From assembly GCA_050293845.1 (NCBI GenBank), contig JBNKNM010000003.1, forward strand, positions 1-35,445: 35,445 nt of DNA, in the 5' to 3' direction. A model generated the notes under the pieces. It was not told the origin of the DNA, did no database searches, and worked only from the letters and a program-made list of their open reading frames with translations. The translations under genes were made by a program, and so were the position numbers. Positions 8,645 to 18,145 of this stretch are shown here, piece by piece. The stretch comes from Pseudobacteriovorax sp. Its GTDB lineage: Bacteria > Bdellovibrionota_B > Oligoflexia > Oligoflexales > Oligoflexaceae. How positions within the stretch are numbered: the first letter of the stretch is position 1; each line of letters begins with the position of its first letter.

Positions 8645-8935
8645 TTACTTATTGTGATCCATAATGTATTTCAGATAATCCTCGCGACGTGCTGCATCCA
8701 AATATCTTGTGGTTAAAAAATGCTTACGTTTATTCCAGATTCCTTCACTGATACGCTTGTCTGCAAAGGCAGACTCATCTTCTAAATATCTCTTCAGCAA
8801 AGATTCTTTAACCTTTTCCAGCTGCTCAATAGAGTTAATAGAAGAAGCTTCCTGGAGAAGATCTTGCTTGGCTAGAAAAAAGGGAAGTGTTAATGCTGCC
8901 ACAACAAAAAGTACGACAATAATAGCAAAGATCAC
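8645..8935 (-). CDS. CcmI/CycH N-terminal-like membrane protein
   Basis: TM ending LTLPF, then helical LEKVKESLL..LEDE......RISE...; ATGA overlap with ccmH. Confidence 0.55.
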   Translation of the reverse strand: MIFAIIVVLFVVAALTLPFFLAKQDLLQEASSINSIEQLEKVKESLLKRYLEDESAFADKRISEGIWNKRKHFLTTRYLDAARREDYLKYIMDHNK

Positions 8936-9396
8936 TTTTTACCTCCCTTCAACCGTCCCAGTGCGAATTGCATTTCTTCTATAATCTCCTCGTTAGATCT
9001 CACCCCAAAAGTTGTGATTTGAACCCTTCGTCGCCAAACGAATGCCCAAACAGCGATGGGACCCACGACAAGCAGGAGGATAGGAACTATCCAAGCTATG
9101 GCATTAAAGCCCTGTTTTGGGGGTTCCCTAAGAATCCATGGGCCGTAACGTTCCACAAAAAACTCTAAAATGTCATCTTTACTTTTACCTGCTTCAATTT
9201 GCTCTTTAACCTGATCCTTGATTTGTATTGAAAACCCCGCATCGGACTCCAACACACTAAGTCCAGTGCAGGTGGGGCATCTTAATTCGCCAGCAACATC
9301 CTTGAAAAACTGTTTATTTTCCTCAAAGTCATCATTCACAGCTGTTGCCGAACCAGCTACCCCAAGTAGCAATATATAAACTACAATGAACTTCAA
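8932..9396 (-). CDS. ccmH: Cytochrome c maturation protein CcmH/NrfF
   Basis: LRCPTC, ESDA, FFVERYGPWILREPP, C-terminal TM. Confidence 0.92.
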   Translation of the reverse strand: MKFIVVYILLLGVAGSATAVNDDFEENKQFFKDVAGELRCPTCTGLSVLESDAGFSIQIKDQVKEQIEAGKSKDDILEFFVERYGPWILREPPKQGFNAIAWIVPILLLVVGPIAVWAFVWRRRVQITTFGVRSNEEIIEEMQFALGRLKGGKK

Positions 9397-11390
9397 ACCT
9401 TAACCTCCCAATTGCCAGCAACCACATCGCGACTTTTATCCCCTCGATACAAGTCAAATAGAGATATCAGCCCTCCAACACACATAATAAACACAGCTAA
9501 CCAAACCATCCGTACAGTAGGGTTGATATTTATTTTAAATGTGGCAGAATTGCCCGTTGCTTTATCAAAATCCACCAAAACCACATATACATCGTTCCAA
9601 AGATCACCCTGAATGCCAATCTCGTGGAAGGTCTGCCCCATCTTCGTAGGATACTGGCTCTGCGCTGGGAGTAAGTCCCCTATAGCTTTGCCATCTTTTC
9701 GGACGCTTATGGGGGCAGCGAACAGCTTCGCATTTTTATCTTTTAAAACTTGGATTCCCTTGTTCAGGGTAAACTCATAGCCAAACAGCTTAGCGGACTC
9801 ACCCGCGTCCAGGGTAACCTTTTTTTCTAAACCACGATAATTACCTAGAAAACCTATAATAGCTATCAACACCCCTACGTGAGCTATAAAAGCACCAAAG
9901 TAAGCGAGGTTCCTTTTAAAGAAGAGTCCGTAGTTAAACTTAAGGCTTTTCAATCGGAAGTACAGATCTCCGAAAAGGCAGCCAATAGCCCAAGAACTGA
10001 GATACATACCCACAAGTTGAGCGATGAGCCCCTTGGTCTCTTTAGTTCTCATAACATCGCCCATAATCACCAGAAAGACGGTTATAGGAATCGCCACAAC
10101 AATAGCTGAGAAAATAATTTTTTTACCGTGAGGTATCTCACTAGATTGGTAACGCATGAGGTTACCAAAAGCGATAACAACTGTAAAACCTAAACCAATC
10201 CACGGTGCAAATGCATTAAAATAGGGAGCTTGCACGCTGATTCTTTGATCTGTAGCCCATTCGGAAACAATGGGAAACATGGTGCCAATAAAAATTATTG
10301 CCGCAAATGAAAGCACTAAGAATTGAGTCACTACCAGTGCTGACTCTTTTGAAATCCCCCAAACTTTATCTGTTTCTGAAGGTAAGATAGAGGGGGCTCG
10401 CCACACGTAAACAATTATGGAGACCCCAAGAACACCAATAAGATAAAATAAGTAATTCTCGCCAACGGGTGATTCAGCAAAAGAATGCACTGAGGAGATA
10501 ATGCCAGATCGGGTTATAAAGGTTCCAAAAAAACTCATAAAAAAGCCTAAAATAGACAGGATAATACTAAGACGTTTCAAATGACCAAGTTTGTCTTGAA
10601 CCAGCAGGGAGTGGAGCAAGGCTGTTGCCATGAGCCAGGGCAAGAAGCTAGAATTCTCTACCGGGTCCCAAGCCCAGTAGCCAGCCCAACCCAGCTCTAC
10701 ATAAGCCCACCGACCTCCGAGGGTAATGGCAGCAGTGAGCAAAACCCAAGAAAACAATGTCCATCGTCGTACTGACTTGACCCAGCCTTGGGTTATGTCC
10801 CCATAGGCTAGGGCAGCCAAAGAGTAAGCAAAGGGAACGGCAAGGCTGACATACCCACCGAAAAGCATGGGCGGGTGAATTGCCATATATACGTTTTGTA
10901 AGAGTTCATTCATTCCCCGTCCATTGGTAGGTGCGGGTAGTTGAAAGGCAAATGGGTCAGAATGCGACAGCGCTAAGTAAAACATCCATGCCAAAACAGC
11001 TTGAATTGATGCCGCAACATAAGGCATTATATGTTCATTCTCTTCCGAATGAGACCAGATAGCGGTCACTCCAACAAGGGCTAAAAGCCAGGTCCAAAGA
11101 GTATGAGAGCCCTCCAAAGATGACCAGAAAGCAGTGATTGTAAATATCGTAGGCAGATCGTTGGATGAGTTTTTAGCTACATATACCAGACTGTAATCTC
11201 TTTCTAAAAAGGCAGAAAACAGTATCATACCAGCTATAGATACCATTACGGCTGTCGCCGTTAATGCCATTTTCGACGACAGATACAGCTTGCGGTGACG
11301 CCACTTAGCAGCGACTAAGGCTGCTAACACACCGTAAATACTTACGAGACAGCACATTAATATGAGAAAAAAGCCATAGTTTGCCATCAT
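9393..11390 (-). CDS. ccmF: Heme lyase CcmF/NrfE
   Basis: WSSLEGS, IHPPMLFGGY, WAYVELGWAGYWAWDPVENSS (WWD domain), TRSGIISSVHSF. Confidence 0.96.
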   Translation of the reverse strand: MMANYGFFLILMCCLVSIYGVLAALVAAKWRHRKLYLSSKMALTATAVMVSIAGMILFSAFLERDYSLVYVAKNSSNDLPTIFTITAFWSSLEGSHTLWTWLLALVGVTAIWSHSEENEHIMPYVAASIQAVLAWMFYLALSHSDPFAFQLPAPTNGRGMNELLQNVYMAIHPPMLFGGYVSLAVPFAYSLAALAYGDITQGWVKSVRRWTLFSWVLLTAAITLGGRWAYVELGWAGYWAWDPVENSSFLPWLMATALLHSLLVQDKLGHLKRLSIILSILGFFMSFFGTFITRSGIISSVHSFAESPVGENYLFYLIGVLGVSIIVYVWRAPSILPSETDKVWGISKESALVVTQFLVLSFAAIIFIGTMFPIVSEWATDQRISVQAPYFNAFAPWIGLGFTVVIAFGNLMRYQSSEIPHGKKIIFSAIVVAIPITVFLVIMGDVMRTKETKGLIAQLVGMYLSSWAIGCLFGDLYFRLKSLKFNYGLFFKRNLAYFGAFIAHVGVLIAIIGFLGNYRGLEKKVTLDAGESAKLFGYEFTLNKGIQVLKDKNAKLFAAPISVRKDGKAIGDLLPAQSQYPTKMGQTFHEIGIQGDLWNDVYVVLVDFDKATGNSATFKININPTVRMVWLAVFIMCVGGLISLFDLYRGDKSRDVVAGNWEVKV

Positions 11391-11629
11391 AGATTATTCT
11401 CCTGATCCCGTTTAACTGTGGGAATGGTTGCAGTATATTTTACATGAGGAGTATTGGATTACCAACAACCTACTTGCTGCTACCAGATTTAACTAATTGA
11501 TTTACTTTGTAAAAGACTTATCTTGCAAAACAAGCCAATTTTCCGTAAAAAGGGCCTCTATTCCAGTTGTACAGTTCGTTTATTGGTCGCAATTGGTTAT
11601 CATATATTTCAATCCAAAGGTCCCCTAGG

Positions 11630-12994
11630 ATGCATAGTGTTTATGTAAAGACATTGGGATGCAAGGTTAATACCTATGACTCTCATGCCCTCGAAACAGA
11701 ATTTAAAGCCAAAGGTTATCAGGTTGTTGAAAATCCAGAGCTGGCTGACATCACTGTACTGAATACTTGCAGCGTCACAGAGAACGCAAATAAGGAAGCA
11801 CGTTATCTGCTTAGGAAATTTCGTCGTAGTAATCCAAATGCTTTAGTGGTCGCCACAGGATGTTACGTACAAACTGACTCTGCAAGCTTGATTGGCATGG
11901 AAGATATCGACCTTATTTTTCCCAATCAAGCAAAAGAGCGAATTGTAGCGATATCCGACGAACAGCATCGACTTAAAAAAGCGGGACAGCCCATTAGCAT
12001 TCCAAAATTTCCTGAAGACCTTAAACCTGTCAAGAACAACAGGCAAGAACACTTCAAGTCGGTTTTGCAGATGACAGCGGCAGACCCCTCCCAAACCCGT
12101 GCCTTTTTAAAAATACAGGATGGCTGTAATGGCTTTTGTAGTTACTGCCTTATTCCCTATGCTAGAGGCGCTTCGCGAAGCGTGGCAGCCGACCAAGTGC
12201 TGACTGAAGTCCGGCGCTTGATAGATACCGGTATTAAGGAAGTCGTCTTTGCTGGAATCCACCTAGGGGATTATGGCCACGACTTAGGGTCCCAGGCCTT
12301 GAGCTTTACAGAACTCATTAAAACACTGTTTAGCTGGGATGATATGATCAGGGTGCGCATTTCTTCTTTGGAGCCACAAGAGTTACCGGAAAAGCTGCTA
12401 AAAGCTCTATCACAGCGGCCAGAGCTTTTTTGTGACCACTTCCACTTACCCCTCCAATCAGGTCATGATAGAATTCTAAAAATGATGCGCCGCACCTATG
12501 GAACCCAGCAATACCAAGAAACTATCGCCTTAGCAAAATCCTATTTTCCCCGCGCAAACTTTGGTGCTGATGTTATTCCTGGCTTTCCGGGAGAAACTGC
12601 CGAAGAAGCGCAAGCTACCATTGATTTTATCAAGTCTGTGGGTCTTAACTATCTTCATGTATTCCCATATTCGAAACGCCCCAATACTTCAGCAGCAAAA
12701 ATGCCCCATCATTTGCCGCCTGCAATTATCCGCAACCGCGCCAAGGAACTGCGCGACTTATCCCAACAGCTTAAGCACGATTACTGCAGCTCTTTTATCA
12801 ACCAGGAGAAGGTGGTAGTACTTTGGGAGAACGATAGGGACCATTTAGGCAGACAAGTCGGTCGCAGCAACAATTACCTTGAAGTCGTCGCTCCCAGCAG
12901 CGCCGCTGTGGAAGTTAACAGCCTAAGCAAAGTAAAGATCAAAGGATTTGTAGAAAAGGGCCGCATGCTAGGAATCCCAGACAGCTGCAGTTAA
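11630..12994 (+). CDS. mtaB: tRNA t6A37 methylthiotransferase MtaB (radical SAM)
   Basis: TLGCKVNTYDS, NTCSVT, TGCY, TRAFLKIQDGCNGFCSYCLIPYARG, HLPLQSG, HVFPYSKRPNT; ATG 11630 preferred over TTG 11567. Confidence 0.92.
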   Translation: MHSVYVKTLGCKVNTYDSHALETEFKAKGYQVVENPELADITVLNTCSVTENANKEARYLLRKFRRSNPNALVVATGCYVQTDSASLIGMEDIDLIFPNQAKERIVAISDEQHRLKKAGQPISIPKFPEDLKPVKNNRQEHFKSVLQMTAADPSQTRAFLKIQDGCNGFCSYCLIPYARGASRSVAADQVLTEVRRLIDTGIKEVVFAGIHLGDYGHDLGSQALSFTELIKTLFSWDDMIRVRISSLEPQELPEKLLKALSQRPELFCDHFHLPLQSGHDRILKMMRRTYGTQQYQETIALAKSYFPRANFGADVIPGFPGETAEEAQATIDFIKSVGLNYLHVFPYSKRPNTSAAKMPHHLPPAIIRNRAKELRDLSQQLKHDYCSSFINQEKVVVLWENDRDHLGRQVGRSNNYLEVVAPSSAAVEVNSLSKVKIKGFVEKGRMLGIPDSCS

Positions 12995-13428
12995 GGCAAG
13001 AAAAACTCTCGTTCCCGAGGGCTGGGTAAGCGGCAGCTTGCGCGCTTGCTAAAAAAACGGTAGCGATTACCAGCAATAACCCGGTAAAGGCTATCTAACC
13101 AGGGTTGGGGTAGGTACTGGATGAGCCTTACTGCCAAACTCCATATCCCCCCTAATCGCGATCCGATGGCTAAAACAGCTGCTGATTCTGTTACAATCTG
13201 ACCATCACCTAAGACAACCAGGGAGTCTGGGAGCACTGCTTCCCCGATAAAGCGCTTCGCGGTCTCACCTTGCAGGGAACTGACTTTTATCTTTTGAGGA
13301 TCTCCCACCGCTGTAATAAACCAAACAGCAGTGCTACATATATGGCAGTAGCCATCAAAGAAGACAATCCAAGGCTCAGGCTTAATACTTTGTTCTTGAA
13401 ATCCCTTCAGTATGATCGCGCGCCTCAT
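12991..13428 (-). CDS. DCC1-like (DUF393) thiol-disulfide oxidoreductase
   Basis: VFFDGYCHICS, SLQG, DSLYRVIAGNRYRFF, SCRLP; start uncertain (47-nt overlap with thiI). Confidence 0.85.
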   Translation of the reverse strand: MRRAIILKGFQEQSIKPEPWIVFFDGYCHICSTAVWFITAVGDPQKIKVSSLQGETAKRFIGEAVLPDSLVVLGDGQIVTESAAVLAIGSRLGGIWSLAVRLIQYLPQPWLDSLYRVIAGNRYRFFSKRASCRLPSPREREFFLP

Positions 13429-14857
13429 TCTTTCTCAGCTTTTGGGCTCCGCCCAGATAACTGTAGCTTTCATAGCCCAAAGCCTGCATTTTCTCAGCAA
13501 TAACAGCAGTTTGCAAACCAAAAGGGCAGACAAGTATATAGACTTGGCTCTTGTCAAACTTCTTATAAGCTAGGCTTAACATTTTCATAGTTAGATGCAA
13601 AGCCCCAGGATAGTGCCAAGCATCAAACTCTTCCCGACTCCGACTATCGATCACCACAGCTGCTTCGGGAATACTGTCCGTAAAGAGGTAGGATGTCATC
13701 AAATCGCGATCTGATAGGCTGGAAACAGCAAGCTTTTTCACTGTAGATAAACAAGATTCCCGTAACTCCTGAGGTAGTTGCTGCTCCTGATCATCAACTG
13801 CTGCCACTTTAGCTTCCGTTACTGGCTTCTTAGGGTTAAGTGCGCAGTATTCCTGGATATGTTCACAGAGGAGATAAGTACCAATCTTCCTTGCTATCGC
13901 TAAAATTTCGTCCTTATCAAAGCTGACTAGGGGACGCATAATCAGGACAGGGGAGATAACATCAATAACCTGTAAGTTAGCCAATGTCTGGGAGGAAACT
14001 TGACCAACGGCCTCTCCCGTAACTAAGCCTTTAGCTCCTATTTTCTGGGCTAAGGCGCCGCAAGTCCTGTAAAATGTCCTTTTTAAGACAACTTGTGCAT
14101 AGCTCGGCCGCACATTTTTGTTAATGGCTGTCGCAATGTCTTGATAATCGAGCACATAAATATCAGGCGCAAAGCCATAGGCCCATTGCTGACAAAGTCC
14201 TTTAACTACAGCTAAAACAGAGCGCTCATAGGCGGCACCCGCAAGATTGCAGAAGGCAAAATCGAGGGCCACACCACGCTTCATCATACGCCAGGCTGCA
14301 ACTGCTGAGTCGAAGCCACCCGAAATCAAACAGAGAGCTTTTCCCTGAGAGCCTAAAGGCAAACCTTGTGGTCCAGGTATCCTGGCACTGAAGAAGTGAG
14401 CGCCCCGCGGATTCACATCAACTTCAAGCTTAAAGTCAGGATTCGTTAAATCGATTTTTCTAGCAAAGGCTCCTAGCTCAGAACCCAGAGCCACTTCGGC
14501 ATCCAGCGAACTAAAGCCTGAGACCTGAGACCGCTTCACGCGAATACAAAGGGATTTCCCAGCTACTTCATCCTTATATTTGTCAACAATGATCGCCTTC
14601 ATAACCTCAAGGCGCGGTTCACAGAAGTGCTCGATAGGTGAAAGAGAAGCTATACCAAAAACACGTGATAACGCTGCGATTCCTGCTTTCGTGTCTATAG
14701 TTACGTAGAGTCGACTCCATCGGTTTTCAATTGTATACGCCACTCCCGCCTGGGCTAAAGCCGCCCTCATATTTTTAATCAGTATATTTAGAAACCTAGA
14801 CTTCACCCTGGGGGATTTTAGGTTAATCTCAGGAGCGACACGAACTAAAACTTGCAT
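13382..14857 (-). CDS. thiI: tRNA 4-thiouridine synthase ThiI (THUMP, PP-loop and C-terminal rhodanese)
   Basis: EINLKS, LISGGFDS, TGEAVGQVSSQTLANL, RPLV, EYC, rhodanese WHYPGA...LVCPFG; ATG 14857 preferred. Confidence 0.93.
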   Translation of the reverse strand: MQVLVRVAPEINLKSPRVKSRFLNILIKNMRAALAQAGVAYTIENRWSRLYVTIDTKAGIAALSRVFGIASLSPIEHFCEPRLEVMKAIIVDKYKDEVAGKSLCIRVKRSQVSGFSSLDAEVALGSELGAFARKIDLTNPDFKLEVDVNPRGAHFFSARIPGPQGLPLGSQGKALCLISGGFDSAVAAWRMMKRGVALDFAFCNLAGAAYERSVLAVVKGLCQQWAYGFAPDIYVLDYQDIATAINKNVRPSYAQVVLKRTFYRTCGALAQKIGAKGLVTGEAVGQVSSQTLANLQVIDVISPVLIMRPLVSFDKDEILAIARKIGTYLLCEHIQEYCALNPKKPVTEAKVAAVDDQEQQLPQELRESCLSTVKKLAVSSLSDRDLMTSYLFTDSIPEAAVVIDSRSREEFDAWHYPGALHLTMKMLSLAYKKFDKSQVYILVCPFGLQTAVIAEKMQALGYESYSYLGGAQKLRKNEARDHTEGISRTKY

Positions 14858-15091
14858 GGCCAAGACCCTTAAACGAATTAAGAAGGGGGCAATATGCCAC
14901 ATTATGATGCATATTTGAAGGGGAAAACAAAGACACTTTTTTAATTTTTTTCAATTATTACAGTTTATTACATAAATCACTATCATGGGATAGCATTCTA
15001 CCTGCTAAATATATTAAAACTCCTTAAGATTTTTGCTTAGACGACGGAAGTTCCGCAAGAAACTATAAGTGGTTTCCTTGGAGGCATTTTA

Positions 15092-15649
15092 ATGATTTCC
15101 GATAAAAAATTAATTTGGCAAGGCCCCCTTCATGAATTTGGTGGTAACCGCAACTACATTTTGCACTGCTCTATACACCATGGGCGGAATACCATGGAAA
15201 TCACGTACCAGCTACAGGGTGATGTCTCTTCCCTAGAGGGAATCGTCCCCAAAAAGGATAGTCACTTTTGCGACAACCTATGGCAAACGACGTGCTTTGA
15301 GTTTTTCTTACGGGGCCACGAAAACTCTTATATCGAATGGAATCTTAGCTGTAGTGGCCAATGGGCTTGCTACCAGTTCAGTAGATACCGCCAAAAAATT
15401 GGGAATAAAACCCAATTCCCGCCATCAATCCAGCATGGCATCGCCGGCCATCAACTTGAATTTGCTGTTAGCTTACCCATCTTTACAGCGCTCGAGCCTA
15501 AGGCGGGACACACATTTCAGCCAGCCACTATCCTGAAGCCCGATGAAGGGAAGGCACTCTACTTTGCAGCTCAACACTCCCGGGAAGCTGCCGACTTTCA
15601 TGACGCAGCAGTTTTTTTACCTTTCCCCCCGGAAGTGGCTAGCCCCTGA
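15092..15649 (+). CDS. DOMON-like domain protein
   Basis: DNLWQTTCFEFF, YIEWNLS.SGQW..Y.F..YR, ADFH. Confidence 0.8.
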   Translation: MISDKKLIWQGPLHEFGGNRNYILHCSIHHGRNTMEITYQLQGDVSSLEGIVPKKDSHFCDNLWQTTCFEFFLRGHENSYIEWNLSCSGQWACYQFSRYRQKIGNKTQFPPSIQHGIAGHQLEFAVSLPIFTALEPKAGHTFQPATILKPDEGKALYFAAQHSREAADFHDAAVFLPFPPEVASP

Positions 15650-17105
15650 GTACCAGCCTTTTAAAGCCTTCTAGTATCAACGACTCGTAGAAACCGACGT
15701 CCAGACTTTTTGCCAGGACCTGTCCCGTGCCTCCGGTTACATATATGCGCCACGTTCCCCCATACTTTTTTAAAAGATCAGTGCGCAGCTGTTTCAGCAT
15801 CAGCGCTGCCCCTTGGACAATCCCACCAGCAATGGCGGTTTTAGTATTTTCGCCTAAGCTCAGGGTTTGCGGAATTTGCTTGGGAAGTGCCAATAAAGGT
15901 AATTGATCCGTGCTATCATGCAGTGCTTTTAAAGCGGTATTAAAACCTGGAATAATCCAGCCTCCGCGATAGATCCTATCAACCGTTAAAACCTCCACGG
16001 TCAACGCTGTTCCACAGCTAACCCCAATTTTATGGTGGGAGGGATCTATGGTTGCTAGCGCTTCAACTAAAGCTACTCGGTCAATACCAATTTCTGAAAA
16101 TTCGTAGCCACTAAAGTCTACTACAATCGGTCGTTTTTTTATGGGAACCACGGTCAAACCTAAGGTCTGAGCCAGATTCCAAAGCGCTGCTGTAAAACTT
16201 CTGTTCACCGAACCGACATGAAGCGGCCAATCACCGCTGGGAACCAAAGCCCTAATGGCGTCGACCTTAGATTGCTCTATACTTTCGGCAAGGTTGATAT
16301 ACCAAACATGAGGCAACGCAGTACGGCTAGAAAAAAAACCCAGCTTCAGCGACGAGTTTCCTACATCCGCAACAAAAAGGGGGCTCTCAGGATTTTGATA
16401 TAGCCATTTGTAGTTATGGTGACTCGAACTGAGAGAGGTTTCTTTCTGAGATTCTAAGTTCATCAACTTTAGAGTGCCCGACTGTTTGTTTAAATCCCCC
16501 TGAAATAAGACTTCATGACCATCCGTCCATGGTTGCCCCTTATCCAAAAAGAACTCATCCAAGCGATGATCTAGGGGCTGCTGCCAGTGCTCCAAAAGCC
16601 ATAAGCTGATTGCTTTTATGCTGGTAGCAATTTCTTCTTCTGTAAACCATCTCCCCAGGATGGCTCCGATACTAATTGTCTGCTGGTCGTTTACCTTTGG
16701 GGCTAGATTAAAGTTGAGCCCCACACCAATCAAGCATGGCCCAAAGGAATCTCCACTAGCTTGGGTTTCGCAAAGAATCCCACCAACCTTTGCACCTCCA
16801 AATAACAGGTCATTAGGCCACTTTAGGGTTAGACATAAATTAAAGGATCGTTGAAAAAACGATGCAATGAGATATCCTACACGTAGTGGTATTGTACTGA
16901 TAAGCTCCGGGGCCACACGATACATGGGTACAGCAAGGGTAAAGTAGGCATTACCTTTGGGACTTGACCATTGGCGTCCGGTTCTGCCCCGCCCTCCCGT
17001 CTGGGTCAAGGCTGTAACCAAGAAAGGCAACTTTTCACCGGCCTCTAGCATCTTTCGTGCTTCGATTGATGTTGAGGTTAGCTCTTTTTTTGTAAAAATT
17101 TTCAT
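15639..17105 (-). CDS. birA: Bifunctional biotin--protein ligase / type III pantothenate kinase (BirA-CoaX fusion)
   Basis: N-half QTGGRGRTGRQWSSP, KWPNDL, KVGGIL with no HTH; C-half DVGNS, IGIDR, SCGTALT, GGWIIPG, TGG. Confidence 0.88.
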   Translation of the reverse strand: MKIFTKKELTSTSIEARKMLEAGEKLPFLVTALTQTGGRGRTGRQWSSPKGNAYFTLAVPMYRVAPELISTIPLRVGYLIASFFQRSFNLCLTLKWPNDLLFGGAKVGGILCETQASGDSFGPCLIGVGLNFNLAPKVNDQQTISIGAILGRWFTEEEIATSIKAISLWLLEHWQQPLDHRLDEFFLDKGQPWTDGHEVLFQGDLNKQSGTLKLMNLESQKETSLSSSHHNYKWLYQNPESPLFVADVGNSSLKLGFFSSRTALPHVWYINLAESIEQSKVDAIRALVPSGDWPLHVGSVNRSFTAALWNLAQTLGLTVVPIKKRPIVVDFSGYEFSEIGIDRVALVEALATIDPSHHKIGVSCGTALTVEVLTVDRIYRGGWIIPGFNTALKALHDSTDQLPLLALPKQIPQTLSLGENTKTAIAGGIVQGAALMLKQLRTDLLKKYGGTWRIYVTGGTGQVLAKSLDVGFYESLILEGFKRLVLRG

Positions 17106-17108
17106 GAA

Positions 17109-17951
17109 TTAAATATCGAACAACAAGCTAAGATCAGACCAATGTGCGCTGTGGATCACAGAGCTTGTAGAAATAAAATCCACACCCGTCTGGCTAATCT
17201 GTCTTATGTTGTGCATGCGCACATTCCCCGAGGCCTCTAACAGAGCCCTTCCGTTTACTAAGGCCACCGCTTCTTTCATCACGTCAATGGTCATGTTATC
17301 CAACATGATGATATCTGCACCTGACTCTAAAGCTTCGCGCACTTCATCGAGATTTGTTGTTTCCACCTCTATTTTGAGAGTGGGAGGCAGACTTTCTAAC
17401 AATTTTGAAATGGCTTGGCTGATTCCTCCTGCCGCTCTTATGTGGTTCTCTTTGACAATCACACCATCGCAAAGGCCAAATCGATGATTCCTAGCGCCTC
17501 CTACAACCGTTGCGGATTTCTCCAATATGCGCAAACCAGGCGTAGTCTTGCGGGTATCCAAAAGCTGAGTCCTAGTACCTTTTAGCTCATCCACAAATTG
17601 GCGAGTTGTTGTAGCTATACCACACATGCGCCCCATCAGATTCAAGGCAACCCGCTCACCCTTCAAAATGGAGCGAGCGCGTCCATTGATCTCTAATAGT
17701 ACAGCTCGATCAGCTACTTTGGTACCATTGCTAACCTTGACGACAACGTCTAAAGTGGGATCAACCTTTTTAAAAACAGCTTTTGCCACATCCATGCCAC
17801 AAGCAATACAGCTTTCCTTGGCAATGATTTTAGCCGAAGAATTGGTATCTTTCTCGATACATATGTCTGTAGTCCAGTCACCGTATCCCCAGTCTTCCTC
17901 CAAGGCTCTTGAAATAATAGGTTCTAATTGAATTTCATGAAGTTCATGCAT
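17109..17951 (-). CDS. nadC: Nicotinate-nucleotide pyrophosphorylase (quinolinate phosphoribosyltransferase)
   Basis: ALEED..GD.TT, ERVALN, LDTRKTTPGLR, NHRFGL, IEVE, IMLDNM, EASG. Confidence 0.97.
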   Translation of the reverse strand: MHELHEIQLEPIISRALEEDWGYGDWTTDICIEKDTNSSAKIIAKESCIACGMDVAKAVFKKVDPTLDVVVKVSNGTKVADRAVLLEINGRARSILKGERVALNLMGRMCGIATTTRQFVDELKGTRTQLLDTRKTTPGLRILEKSATVVGGARNHRFGLCDGVIVKENHIRAAGGISQAISKLLESLPPTLKIEVETTNLDEVREALESGADIIMLDNMTIDVMKEAVALVNGRALLEASGNVRMHNIRQISQTGVDFISTSSVIHSAHWSDLSLLFDI

Positions 17952-18145
17952 CTGAGCCCCCCTCCGGAAGAATTAACCATATCGAATTCCAACATCCTTT
18001 GTCGGTACCTAAAAATAAATGATAGCTGTAGATCTGTCTACCTAAGGACGGTTCCCGTACGACTAAAGTCGGGATAAGCCCAGTGCTCCCATGCCTAAAC
18101 AATCGGCGCTGACCATGCGAAGCTTTGGGTCTGGGCTAGCTCTGA

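Noticed and set aside
11520..11545. Sigma54-like TGGC...TTGC upstream of ccmF on the minus strand
   Set aside because: GG to GC spacing is 8 nt rather than the required 10
11567..11629. N-terminal extensions in the ORF track for mtaB (also thiI 14858-14902, efp 23825-23905 and 19847-20011)
   Set aside because: Family homology and SD positions point to the downstream ATGs
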